Assembly: GCA_043228905.1 (NCBI GenBank) | Contig: JBHGNT010000029.1 | Location: 124,001 to 188,000, forward strand | Reading direction: 5' to 3' | DNA length: 64,000 nt | Source: Azolla caroliniana | Lineage: Eukaryota; Plantae; Polypodiophyta | In this document: in pieces, positions 29,501 through 44,500 of the stretch | Numbering within the stretch: the stretch's first letter is position 1 | Layout of the letters: each line of letters starts with the position of its first letter | Notes under the pieces: generated by a model | What the model saw: the letters and a program-made list of their open reading frames with translations, nothing else | What the model was told of the DNA's origin: nothing | Databases searched by the model: none | Program-made: the position numbers and the translations under genes

Positions 29501-32500
29501 CTTCGATTGGCATGTTTGAACACTAAAATCCGATATCACACGAGCCAGGTATGACAATTTTAATTTACTCACGCGCTCTTCTCAACTCCCTCCTCAAATT
29601 TGGTAATTTCTTCATGTCTCTCGACCTGAGTTTCAAAATCTTGATTTTCTAATTCCATATCATAGGTAGTGTTGTTAGCTTCGATTCGCATGTTTGAACA
29701 CAACAAACCGATATCACACGAGCCAGGTATGAACATTTTAATTTACTCACGCGCTCTTCTCAACTCCCGCCTCAAATTTGGTAATTTCTTCATGTCTCTC
29801 GACCTAAGTTTCAAAATCTTGATTTTCTAATTCCATATCATAGGTAGTGTTTTTAGCTTTGATTCGCATGTTTGAACACAAAAATAGGATATCACACGAG
29901 CCAGGTATGACAATTTTAATTTACTCACGCGCTCTTCTCAACTCCCTCCTCTAATTTACTAATTTCTTCATGTCTCTGTACCTGAGTTTCAAAATCTGGA
30001 TTTTTTAAGTCCATATCATAGCTAGAGTTGTTGGCTTCGATTGACATGATGGAACACTGAAATCGGATGTCACAAGAGCCAGGTATGACAATTTTAATTT
30101 ACTCACGCGCTCTTCTCAACTTCCTCCTCAAATTTACTAATTCCAGGTATGAACATTTTAATTTACTCCCGCGCTCTTCTCAACTTTCTTCTCTAATTTT
30201 CTAATTTCTTCATGTCTCTCGACCTGAGTTTCAAAATCTTGATTTTCTAATTCCATATTATAGCTAGAGTTGTTAGCTTCGATTCGCATGATGGAACACT
30301 AAAATCGGACATCACACGAGCCAGGTATGACAATTTTAATTTACTAATTTCTTCATGTCTCTCGACCTGAGTTTCAAAATCTTGATTTTCTAATTCCATA
30401 TCATAGGTAGTGTTTTTAGCTTCGATTCGCATGTTTGAACACAAAAAGAGGATATCACACAAGCCAGGTATGACAATTTTAATTTACTCACGCGCTCTTC
30501 TCAACTCCCTCCTCTAATTTACTAATTTCTTCATGTCTCTGGACCTGAGTTTCAAAATCTGGATTTTTTAAGTGCATATCATAGCTAGAGTTGTTAGCTT
30601 CGAGTGGCATGATGGAACACTGAAATCGGATATCACAGTAGCCAGGTATGACAATTTTAATTTACTCACGCGCTCTTCTCAACTCCCTCCTCAAATTTGG
30701 TAATTTCTTCATGTCTCGCGACCTGAGTTTCAAAATCTTGATTTTTTAATACCATATTATAGCTAGTGTTGTTAGCATCGATTCGCATGTTTGAACACAA
30801 AAATAGGATATGACACGAGCCAGGTATGAACATTTTAATTTACTCACGCGCTCTTCTCAACTCCCTCCTCAAATTTACTAATTTCCTCATGTCTCTTGAC
30901 CTGAGTTTCAAAATCTTGATTTTTGAATTCCATATCATAGGTAGTGTTGTTAGCTTTATGTCTCTCGACCTGAGTGTTGTTAGCTTCATGTCTCTCAACT
31001 CCCTCCTCTGATTTACTAATTTCTTCATATCTCTCGACCTGAGTGTCAAAATCTTGATTTTCTTATTCCATATCATAGCTAGTGTTGTTAGCTTCGATTC
31101 GCGTAGAACACAAAAATAGGATATCACACGAGCCAGGCATGACAATTTTAATTTACTCACGCGCTCTTCTCAACTCCCTCCTCTAATTTACTAATTTCTT
31201 CATGTCTCTCGACCTGAGTTTCAAAATCTTGATTTTTTAATTCCATATCATAGCTAGTGTTGTTAGCTTCGATTCGCATGATGCAACACTAAAATCGGAT
31301 ATCACACGAGCCAGGTATGAACATTTTAATTTACTCACGCGCTCTTCTCAAATCCCTCCTGAAATTTACTAATTTTTTCATGTCTCTCGACCTGGGTTTC
31401 AAAATCTTGATTTTTTAATACCATATCATAGGTAGTGTTTTTAGCTTCCATTCGCATGTTTGAACACAAAAATAGGATGTCACACGAGCCAGGTATGACA
31501 ATTTTAATTTACTCACGCGCTCTTCTCAACTCCCTCCTCTAATTTACTAATTTCTTCATGTCTCTCGACCTGAGTTTCAAAATCTGGATTTTCTAAGTCC
31601 ATATCATAGGTACTTTTTTTAGCTTTGATTCGCATGTTTGAACACAAAAATAGGATATCACACGAGCCAGGTATGACAATTTTAATTTACTCACGCGCTC
31701 TTCTCAACTCCCTCCTCTAATTTACTAATTTCTTCATGTCTCTGTACCTGAGTTTCAAAATCTGGATTTTTTAAGTCCATATCATAGCTAGAGTTGGTAG
31801 CTTCGATTGACATGATGGAACACTGAAATCGGATGTCACAGGAGCCAGGTATGACAATTTTAATTTACTCACGCGCTCTTCTCAACTTCCTCCTCAAATT
31901 TACTAATTTCTTCATGTCTCGCTACCTGAGTTTCAAAATCTTGATTTTCTAATTCCATATCATAGGTAGTGTTTTTAGCTTCGATTCGCATGTTTGAACA
32001 CAAAAAGAGGATATCACACAAGCCAGGTATGACAATTTTAATTTACTCACCCGCTCTTCTCAACTCCCTCCTCTAATTTACTAATTTCCTCATGTCTCTG
32101 GATCTGAGTTTCAAAATCTGGATTTTTTAAGTCCATATCATAGCTAGAGTTGTTAGCTTCGAGTGGCATGATGGAACACTGAAATCGGATATCACATGAG
32201 CCAGGTATGACAATTTTAATTTACTCACGCGCTCTTCTCAACTCCCTCCTCTAATTTACTAATTTCTTCATGTCTCTCGACCTGAGTTTCAAAATCTTGA
32301 TTTTCTAAGTCCATATCATAGGTACTGTTTTTAGCTTTGATTCGCTGGTTTGAACACAAAAATAGGATATCACACGAGCCAGGTATGACAATTTTAATTT
32401 ACTCACGCGCTCTCCTCAACTCCCTCCTCTAATTTACTAATTTCTTCATGTCTCTGTACCTGAGTTTCAAAATCTGGATTTTTTAAGTCCATATCATAGC

Positions 32501-35500
32501 TAGAGTTGTTAGCTTCGATTGACATGATGGAACACTGAAATCGGATGTCACAGGAGCCAGGTATGACAATTTTAATTTACTCACGTGCTCTTCTCAACTT
32601 CCTCCTCAAATTTACTAATTTCTTCATGTCTCGCTACCTGAGTTTCAAAATCTTGATTTTCTAATTCCATATCATAGGTAGTGTTTTTAGCTTCGATTCG
32701 CATGTTTGAACACAAAAAGAGGATATCACACAAGCCATGTATGACAATTTTAATTTACTCACGCGCTCTTCTCAACTCCCTCCTCTAATTTACTAATTTC
32801 TTCATGTCTTTGGATCTGAGTTTCAAAATCTGGATTTTTTAAGTCCATATCATAGCTAGAGTTGTTAGCTTCGAGTGGCATGATGGAACACTGAAATCGG
32901 ATATCACAGTAGCCAGGTATGACAATTTTAATTTACTCACGCGCTCTTCTCAACTCCCTCCTCAAATTTAGTAATTTCTTCATGTCTCGCGACCTGAGTT
33001 TCAAAATCTTGATTTTTTAATACCATATCATAGCTAGTGTTGTTAGCATCGATTCGCATGTTTGAACACAAAAATAGGATATGACACGAGCCAGGTATAA
33101 ACATTTTAATTTACTCACGCGCTCTTCTCAACTCCCTCCTCAAATTTACTAATTTCTTCATGTCTCTCGACCTGAGTTTCAAAATCTTGATTTTTGAATT
33201 CGATATCATAGGTAGTGTTGTTAGATTCGATTCGCATGATGCAACACTAAAATCGGATATCACACGAGCCAGGTATGACAATTTTAATTTACTCACGCGC
33301 TCTTCTCAACTCCCTCCTCAAAATTACTAATTTCTTCATGTCTCTCGAGCTGAGTTTCAAAATCTTGATTTTCTAATTCCAAATCATAGCTAGTATTTGA
33401 ACACTAAAATCCGATATCACACGAGCCACGTATGACATGTTTGAACACAAAAATCATAGCTAGTGTTGTTAGCTTCGATTCACATGTTTGAACACTAAAA
33501 TCCGATATCACACGAGCCAGGTATGACAATTTTAATTTACTGACGCGCTCTTCTCAACTTTCTCCTCTAATTTTCTAATTTCTTGATGTCTCTCGACCTG
33601 AATTTGAAAATCTTGATTTTCTAATTCCATATCGTAGCTAGTGTTGTTAGCTTCGATTCGCATGTTTGAACACAAAAATACGATATCACACGAGCCAGGT
33701 ATGACAATTTTAATTTACTCACGTGCTCTTCTCAACTCCCTCCTCTAATTTACTAATTTCTTCATGTCTCTGGACCTGAGTTTCAAAATCTGGATTTTTT
33801 AAGTCCATATCATAGCTAGAGTTGTTAGCTTCGAGTGGCATGATGGAACACTGAAATCGGATATCACAGTAGCCAGGTATGACAATTTTAATTTACTCAC
33901 GCGCTCTTCTCAACTCCCTCCTCAAATTTGGTAATTTCTTCATGTCTCGCGACCTGAGTTTCAAAATCTTGATTTTTTAATACCATATCATAGCTAGTGT
34001 TGTTAGCATCGATTCGCATGTTTGAACACAAAAATAGGATATGACACGAGCCAGGTATGAACATTTTAATTTACTCACGCGCTCTTCTCAACTCCCTCCT
34101 CTAATTTACTAATTTCTTCATGTCTCTGTACCTGAGTTTCAAAATCTGGATATTTTAAGTCCATATCATAGCTAGCGTTGTTAGCTTCGATTGACATGAT
34201 GGAACACTGAAATCGGATGTCACAAGAGCCAGGTATGACAATTTTAATTTACTCACGCGCTCTTCTCAACTTCCTCCTCAAATTTACTAATTCCAGGTAT
34301 GAACATTTTAATTTACTCCCGCGCTCTTCTCAACTTTCTTCTCTAATTTTCTAATTTCTTCATGTCTCTCGACCTGAGTTTCAAAATCTTGATTTTCTAA
34401 TTCCATATTATAGCTAGAGTTGTTAGCTTCGATTTGCATGATGGAACACTAAAATCGGACATCACACGAGCCAGGTATGACAATTTTAATTTACTCACGC
34501 GCTCTTCTCAACTCCCTCCTCTAATTTACTAATTTCTTCATGTCTCTCGACCTGAGTTTCAAAATCTTGATTTTCTAAGTCCATATCATAGGTACTGTTT
34601 TTAGCTTTGATTCGCATGTTTGAACACAAAAATAGGATATCACACGAGCCAGGTATGACAATTTTAATTTACTCACGCGCTCTTCTCAACTCCCTCCTCT
34701 AATTTACTAATTTCTTCATGTCTCTGTACCTGAGTTTCAAAATCTGGATTTTTTAAGTCCATATCATAGCTAGAGTTGTTAGCTTCGATTGACATGATGG
34801 AACACTTAAATCGGATGTCACAGGAGCCATGTATGACAATTTTAATTTACTCACGCGCTCTTCTCAACTTCCTCCTCAAATTTACTAATTTCTTCATGTC
34901 TCGCTACCTGAGTTTCAAAATCTTGATTTTCTAATTCCATATCATAGGTAGTGTTTTTAGCTTCGATTCGCATGTTTGAACACAAAAAGAGGATATCACA
35001 CAAGCCAGGTATGACAATTTTAATTTACTCACGCGCTCTTCTCAACTCCCTCCTCTAATTTACTAATTTCTTCATGTCTTTGGATCTGAGTTTCAAAATC
35101 TGGATTTTTTAAGTCCATATCATAGCTAGAGTTGTTAGCTTCGAGTGGCAGGATGGAACACTGAAATCGGATATCACAGTAGCCAGGTATGACAATTTTA
35201 ATTTACTCACGCGCTCTTCTCAACTCCCTCCTCAAATTTGGTAATTTCTTCATGTCTAGCGACCTGAGTTTCAAAATCTTGATTTTTTAATACCATATCA
35301 TAGCTAGTGTTGTTAGCATCGATTCGCATGTTTGAACACAAAAATAGGATATGACACGAGCCAGGTATAAACATTTTAATTTACTCACGCGCTCTTCTCA
35401 ACTCCCTCCTCAAATTTACTAATTTCTTCATGTCTCTCGACCTGAGTTTCAAAATCTTGATTTTTGAATTCCATATCATAGGTAGTGTTGTTAGATTCGA

Positions 35501-38500
35501 TTCGCATGATGCAACACTAAAATCGGATATCACACGAGCCAGGTATGACAATTTTAATTTACTCACGCGCTCTTCTCAACTCCCTCCTCAAAATTACTAA
35601 TTTCTTCATGTCTCTCGAGCTGAGTTTCAAAATCTTGATTTTCTAATTCCAAATCATAGCTAGTGTTTGAACACAAAAATCCGATATCACACGAGCCACG
35701 TATGACATGTTTGAACACAAAAATCATAGCTAGTGTTGTTAGCTTCGATTCACATGTTTGAACACTAAAATCCGATATCACACGAGCCAGGTATGACAAT
35801 TTTAATTTACTGACGCGCTCTTCTCAACTTTCTCCTCTAATTTTCTAATTTCTTCATGTCTCTCGACCTGAATTTGAAAATCTTGATTTTCTAATTCCAT
35901 ATCGTAGCTAGTGTTGTTAGCTTCGATTCGCATGTTTGAACACTAAAATACGATATCACACGAGCCAGGTATGAACATTTTAATTTACTCCCGCGCTCTT
36001 CTCAACTTTCTTCTCTAATTTTCTAATTTCTTCATGTCTCTCGACCTGAGTTTCAAAATCTTGATTTTGTAATTCCATATTATAGCTAGAGTTGTTAGCT
36101 TCGATTTGCATGATGGAACACTAAAATCGGACATCACACGAGCCAGGTATGACAATTTTAATTTACTCACGCGCTCTTCTCAACTCCCTCCTCTAATTTA
36201 CTAATTTCTTCATGTCTCTCGACCTGAGTTTCAAAATCTTGATTTTCTAAGTCCATATCATAGGTACTGTTTTTAGCTTTGATTCGCATGTTTGAACACA
36301 AAAATAGGATATCACACGAGCCAGGTATGACAATTTTAATTTACTCACGCGCTCTTCTCAACTCCCTCCTCTAATTTACTAATTTCTTCATGTCTCTGTA
36401 CCTGAGTTTCAAAATCTGGATTTTTTAAGTCCATATCATAGCTAGAGTTGTTAGCTTCGATTGACATGATGGAACACTGAAATCGGATGTCACAAGAGCC
36501 AGGTATGACAATTTTAATTTACTCACGCGCTCTTCTCAACTTCCTCCTCAAATTTACTAATTCCAGGTATGAACATTTTAATTTACTCCCGCGCTCTTCT
36601 CAACTTTCTTCTCTAATTTTCTAATTACTTCATGTCTCTCGACCTGAGTTTCAAAATCTTGATTTTCTAATTCCATATTATAGCTAGAGTTGTTAGCTTC
36701 GATTCGCATGATGGAACACTAAAATCGGACATCACACGAGCCAGGTATGACAATTTTAATTTACTAATTTCTTCATGTCTCTCGACCTGAGTTTCAAAAT
36801 CTTGATTTTCTAATTCCATATCATAGGTAGTGTTTTTAGCTTCGATTCGCATGTTTGAACACAAAAAGAGGATATCACACAAGCCAGGTATGACAATTTT
36901 AATTTACTCACGCGCTCTTCTCAACTCCCTCCTCTAATTTACTAATTTCTTCATGTCTCTGGACCTGAGTTTCAAAATCTGGATTTTTTAAGTGCATATC
37001 ATAGCTAGAGTTGTTAGCTTCGAGTGGCATGATGGAACACTGAAATCGGATATCACAGTAGCCAGGTATGACAATTTTAATTTACTCACGCGCTCTTCTC
37101 AACTCCCTCCTCAAATTTGGTAATTTCTTCATGTCTCGCGACCTGAGTTTCAAAATCTTGATTTTTTAATACCATATTATAGCTAGTGTTGTTAGCATCG
37201 ATTCGCATGTTTGAACACAAAAATAGGATATGACACGAGCCAGGTATGAACATTTTAATTTACTCACGCGCTCTTCTCAACTCCCTCCTCAAATTTACTA
37301 ATTTCCTCATGTCTCTTGACCTGAGTTTCAAAATCTTGATTTTTGAATTCCATATCATAGGTAGTGTTGTTAGCTTTATGTCTCTCGACCTGAGTGTTGT
37401 TAGCTTCATGTCTCTCAACTCCCTCCTCTGATTTACTAATTTCTTCATATCTCTCGACCTGAGTGTCAAAATCTTGATTTTCTTATTCCATATCATAGCT
37501 AGTGTTGTTAGCTTCGATTCGCGTAGAACACAAAAATAGGATATCACACGAGCCAGGCATGACAATTTTAATTTACTCACGCGCTCTTCTCAACTCCCTC
37601 GTCTAATTTACTAATTTCTTCATGTCTCTCGACCTGAGTTTCAAAATCTTGATTTTTTAATTCCATATCATAGCTAGTGTTGTTAGCTTCGATTCGCATG
37701 ATGCAACACTAAAATCGGATATCACACGAGCCAGGTATGAACATTTTAATTTACTCACGCGCTCTTCTCAACTCCCTCCTCAAATTTACTAATTTTTTCA
37801 TGTCTCTAGACCTGAGTTTCAAAATCTTGATTTTTTAATACCATATCATAGGTAGTGTTTTTAGCTTCAATTCGCATGTTTGAACACAAAAATAGGATAT
37901 CACACGAGCCAGGTATGACAATTTTAATTTACTCACGCGCTCTTCTCAACTCCCTCCTCTAATTTACTAATTTCTTCATGTCTCTCGACCTGAGTTTCAA
38001 AATCTTGATTTTCTAAGTCCATATCATAGGTACTATTTTTAGCTTTGATTCGCATGTTTGAACACAAAAATAGGATATCACACGAGCCAGGTATGACAAT
38101 TTTAATTTACTCACGCGCTCTTCTCAACTCCCTCCTCTAATTTACTAATTTCTTCATGTCTCTGTACCTCAGTTTCAAAATCTGGATTTTTTAAGTCCAT
38201 ATCATAGCTAGAGTTGGTAGCTTCGATTGACATGATGGAACACTGAAATCGGATGTCACAGGAGCCAGGTATGACAATTTTAATTTACTCACGCGCTCTT
38301 CTCAACTTCCTCCTCAAATTTACTAATTTCTTCATGTCTCGCTACCTGAGTTTCAAAATCTTGATTTTCTAATTCCATATCCTAGGTAGTGTTTTTAGCT
38401 TCGATTCGCATGTTTGAACACAAAAAGAGGATATCACACAAGCCAGGTATGACAATTTTAATTTACTCACCCGCTCTTCTCAACTCCCTCCTCTAATTTA

Positions 38501-41500
38501 CTAATTTCCGCATGTCTCTGGATCTGAGTTTCAAAATCTGGATTTTTTAAGTCCATATCATAGCTAGAGTTGTTAGCTTCGAGTGGCATGATGGAACACT
38601 GAAATCGGATATCACAGTAGCCAGGTATGACAATTTTAATTTACTCACGCGCTCTTCTCAACTCCCTTCTCAAATTTAGTAATTTCTTCATGTCTCGCGA
38701 CCTGAGTTTCAAAATCTTGATTTTTTAATAACATATTATAGCTAGTGTTGTTAGCATCGATTCGCATGTTTGAACACAAAAATAGGATATGACACGAGCC
38801 AGGTATAAACATTTTAATTTACTCACGCGCTCTTCTCAACTCCCTCCTCAAATTTACTAATTTCCTCATGTCTCTCGACCTGAGTTTCAAAATCTTGATT
38901 TTTGAATTCCATATCATAGCTAGTGTTGTTAGCTTCATGTCTCTCGACCTGAGTGTTGTTAGCTTCATGTCTCTCAACTCCCTCCTCTGATTTACTAATT
39001 TCTTCATATCTCTCGACCTGAGTGTCAAAATCTTGATTTTCTTATTCCATATCATAGCTAGTGTTGTTAGCTTCGATTCGCGTAGAACACAAAAATAGGA
39101 TATCACACGAGCCAGGCATGACAATTTTAATTTACTCACGCGCTCTTCTTAACTCCCTCCTCTAATTTACTAATTTGTTCATGTCTCTCGACCTGAGTTT
39201 CAAAATCTTGATTTTTGAATTCCATATCATAGCTAGTGTTGTTAGCTTCGATTCGCATGATGCAACACTAAAATCGGATATCACACGAGCCAGGTATGAA
39301 CATTTTAATTTACTCACGCGCTCTTCTCAAATCCCTCCTCAAATTTACTAATTTTTTCATGTCTCTCGACCTGAGTTTCAAAATCTTGATTTTTTAATAC
39401 CATATCATAGGTAGTGTTTTTAGCTTCGATTCGCATGTTTGAACACAAAAATAGGATATCACACGAGCCAGGTATGACAATTTTAATTTACTCACGTGCT
39501 CTTCTCAACTCCCTCCTCTAATTTACTAATTTCTTCATGTCTCTGGACCTGAGTTTCAAAATCTGGATTTTTTAAGTCCATATCATAGCTAGAGTTGTTA
39601 GCTTCGAGTGGCATGATGGAACACTGAAATCGGATATCACAGTAGCCAGGTATGACAATTTTAATTTACTCACGCGCTCTTCTCAACTCCCTCCTCAAAT
39701 TTGGTAATTTCTTCATGTCTCGCGACCTGAGTTTCAAAATCTTGATTTTTTAATACCATATCATAGCTAGTGTTGTTAGCATCGATTCGCATGTTTGAAC
39801 ACAAAAATAGGATATGACACGAGCCAGGTATGAACATTTTAATTTACTCACGCGCTCTTCTCAACTCCCTCCTCAAATTTACTAATTTCTTCATGTCTCT
39901 CGACCTGAGTTTCAAAATCTTGATTTTTGAATTCCATATCATAGCTAGTGTTGTTAGATTCGATTCGCATGATGCAACACTAAAATCGGATATCACACGA
40001 TCCAGGTATGACAATTTTAATTTACTCACGCGCTCTTCTCAACTCCCTCCTCGAAATTACTAATTTCTTCATGTCTCTCGAGCTGAGTTTCAAAATCTTG
40101 ATTTTCTAATTCCAAATCATAGCTAGTGTTTGAACACTAAAATCCGATATCACACGAGCCACGTATGACATGTTTGAACACAAAAATCATAGCTAGTGTT
40201 GTTAGCTTCGATTCACATGTTTGAACACTAAAATCCGATATCACACGAGCCAGGTATGACAATTTTAATTTACTCACGCGCTCTTCTCAACTTTCTCCTC
40301 GAATTTTCTAATTTCTTCATGTCTCTCGACCTGAATTTGAAAATCTTGATTTTCTAATTCCATATCGTAGCTAGTGTTGTTAGCTTCGATTCGCATGTTT
40401 AAACACAAAAATACGATATCACACGAGCCAGGTATGAACATTTTAATTTACTCCCGCGCTCTTCTCAACTTTCTTCTCTAATTTTCTAATTTCTTCATGT
40501 CTCTCGACCTGAGTTTCAAAATCTTGATTTGCTAATTCCATATTATAGCTAGAGTTGTTAGTTTCAATTCGCATGATGGAACACTAAAATCGGACATCAC
40601 ACGAGCCAGGTATGACAATTTTAATTTAGTCACGCGCTCTTCTCAACTCCCTCCTCAAATTTGGTAATTTCTTCATGTCTCTCGACCCGAGTTTCAAAAT
40701 CTTGATTTTCTAATTCCATATCATAGGTAGTGCTGTTAGCTTCGATTTGCATGTTTGAACACAATAAACCGATATCACACGAGCCAGGTATGAACATTTT
40801 AATTTACTGACGCAATCTTCTTAACTCCCTCCTCTAATTTACTAATTTCATCATGTCTCTCGACCTGAGTTTCAAAATCTGTATTTTCTAATTCCATATC
40901 ATAGCTAGTGTTGTTAGCTTCGATTCGCATCTTTGAACACTAAAATCCGATATCATACGAGCCAGGTATGACAATTTTAATTTACTAACGCGCTCTTCTC
41001 AACTTTCTCCTCTAATTTACTAATTCTTTCATGTCTCTCGACCTGAGTTTCAAAATCTTGATTTTCTAATTCCATATCATAGCTAGTGTTGTTTGCTTCG
41101 ATTCGCATCTTTGAACACTAAAATCGGATATCACACGAGCCAGGTATGAACATTTTAATTTACTCCCGCGCTCTTCTCAACTTTCTTCTCTAATTTTCTA
41201 ATTTCTTCATGTCTCTCGACCTGAGTTTCAAAATCTTGATTTTCTAATTCCATATTATAGCTAGTGTTGTTAGCTTCGAATTGCATCTTTGAACACTAAA
41301 ATCCGATATCACACGAGCCAGGTATGACAATTTTAATTTACTAACACGCTCTTCTCAACTCCCTCCTCTAATTTACTAATTTCATCATGTTTCTCGACCT
41401 GAGTTTCAAAATCTGTATTTTCGAATTCCATATCATAGCTAGTGTTGTTAGCTTCGATTCACATGTTTGAACACTAAAATCCGATATCACACGAGCCAGG

Positions 41501-44500
41501 TATGAACATTTTAATTTACTCACGCGCTCTTTTCAACTCCCTCCTCTAATTTACTAATTTCTTCATGTCTCTTGACCTGAGTTTCAAAATCTTGATTTTC
41601 TAATTCCATATCATAGCTAGTGCTGTTAGCTTCGATTCGCATGTTTGAACACAACAATTCGATATCACACGAGCCAGGTATGAACATTTTAATTTCCTGA
41701 CGCGCTCTTTTCAACTCCCTCCTCTACTTTACTAATTTCTTCATGTCTCTTGACCTGAGTTTCAAAACCTTGATTTTCTAATTCCATATCATAGCTAGTG
41801 TTGTTAGCTCCGATACACATGTTTGAACACTAAAATCCGATTTCACACGAACCACGTATGACAATTTTAATTTACTGACGCGCTCTTCTCAACTCCCTCC
41901 TCTAATTTACTAATTTCATCATGTCTCTCGACCTGAGTTTCAAAATCTTGATTTTCTAATTTCATATCATAGCTAGTGTTGTTAGCTTCGATTCGCATGT
42001 TTGAACACTAAAATCCGATATCACACGAGCCAGGTATGACAATTTTAATTTACTAACACGCTCTTCTCAACTCCCTCCTCTAATTTACTAATTTCATCAT
42101 GTTTCTCGACCTGAGTTTCAAAATCTGTATTTTCGAATTCCATATCATAGCTAGTGTTGTTAGCTTCGATTCACATGTTTGAACACTAAAATCCGATATC
42201 ACACGAGCCAGGTATGAACATTTTAATTTACTCACGCGCTCTTTTCAACTCCCTCCTCTAATTTACTAATTTCTTCATGTCTCTTGACCTGAGTTTCAAA
42301 ATCTTGATTTTCTAATTCCATATCATAGCTAGTGCTGTTAGCTTCGATTCGCATGTTTGAACACAACAATTCGATATCACACGAGCCAGGTATGAACATT
42401 TTAATTTCCTGACGCGCTCTTTTCAACTCCCTCCTCTACTTTACTAATTTCTTCATGTCTCTTGACCTGAGTTTCAAAACCTTGATTTTCTAATTCCATA
42501 TCATAGCTAGTGTTGTTAGCTCCGATACACATGTTTGAACACTAAAATCCGATTTCACACGAACCACGTATGACAATTTTAATTTACTGACGCGCTCTTC
42601 TCAACTCCCTCCTCTAATTTACTAATTTCATCATGTCTCTCGACCTGAGTTTCAAAATCTTGATTTTCTAATTTCATATCATAGCTAGTGTTGTTAGCTT
42701 CGATTCGCATGTTTGAACACTAAAATCCGATATCACACGAGCCAGGTATAACAATTTTAATTTACTGACGCGCTCTTCTCAACTCCCTCCTCTAATTTAC
42801 TAATTTCATCATGTGTCTCGACCTGAGTTTCAAAATCTTGATTTTTGAATTCCATATCATAGCTAGTGTTGTTAGATTCGATTCGCATGATGCAACACTA
42901 AAATCGGATATCACACGAGCCAGGTATGAACATTTTAATTTACTCACGCGCTCTTCTCAACTGCCTCCTCAAAATTACTAATTTCTTCATGTCTCTCGAG
43001 CTGAGTTTCAAAATCTTGATTTTCTAATTCCAAATCATAGCTAGTGTTTGAACACTAAAATCCGATATCACACGAGCCACGTATGACATGTTTGAACACA
43101 AAAATCATAGCTAGTGTTGTTAGGTTCGATTCACATGTTTGAACACTAAAATCCGATATCACACGAGCCAGGTATGACAATTTTAATTTACTGACGCGCT
43201 CTTCTCAACTTTCTCCTCGAATTTTCTAATTTCTTCATGTCTCTCGACCTGAATTTGAAAATCTTGATTTTCTAATTCCATATCGTAGCTAGTGTTGTTA
43301 GCTTCGATTCGCATGTTTAAATACAAAAATACGATATCACACGAGCCAGGTATGAACATTTTAATTTACTCCCGCGCTCTTCTCAACTTTCTTCTCTAAT
43401 TTTCTAATTTCTTCATGTCTCTCGACCTGAGTTTCAAAATCTTGATTTTCTAATTCCATATTATAGCTAGAGTTGTTAGTTTCAATTCGCATCTTTGACC
43501 ACTAAAATCGGACATCACACGAGCCAGGTATGAACATTTTAATTTACTCCCGCGCTCTTCTCAACTTTCTTCTCTAATTTTCTAATTTCTTCATGTCTCT
43601 CGACCTGAGTTTCAAAATCTTGATTTTCTAATTCCATATTATAGCTAGTGTTGTTAGCTTCGATTTGCATCTTTGAACACTAAAATCCGATATCACACGA
43701 GCCAGGTATGACAATTTTAATTTACTAACACGCTCTTCTCAACTCCCTCCTCTAATTTACTAATTTCATCATGTTTCTCGACCTGAGTTTCAAAATCTGT
43801 ATTTTCGAATTCCATATCATAGCTAGTGTTGTTAGCTTCGATTCGCATGTTTGAACACTAAAATCCGATATCACACGAGCCAGGTATGAACATTTTAATT
43901 TACTCACGCGCTCTTTTCAACTCCCTCCTCTAATTTACTAATTTCTTCATGTCTCTTGACCTGAGTTTCAAAATCTTGATTTTCTAATTCCATATCATAG
44001 CTAGTGCTGTTAGCTTCGATTCGCATGTTTGAACACAACAATTCGATATCACACGAGCCAGGTATGAACATTTTAATTTACTGACGCGCTCTTTTCAACT
44101 CCCTCCTCTCCTTTACTAATTTCTTCATGTCTCTTGACCTGAGTTTCAAAATCTTGATTTTCTAATTCCATATCATAGCTAGTGTTGTTAGCTCCGATAC
44201 ACATGTTTGAACACTAAAATCCGATTTCACACGAACCACGTATGACAGTTTTAATTTACGGACGCGCTCTTCTCAACTCCCTCCTCTAATTTACTAATTT
44301 CATCATGTCTCTCGACCTGAGTTTCAAAATCTTGATTTTCTAATTTCATATCATAGCTAGTGTTGTTAGCTTCGATTCGCATGTTTGAACACTAAAATCC
44401 GATATCACACGAGCCAGGTATGACAATTTTAATTTACTAACGCGCTCTTCACAACTTTCTCCTCTAATTTACTAATTCTTTCATGTCTCTCGACCTGAGT

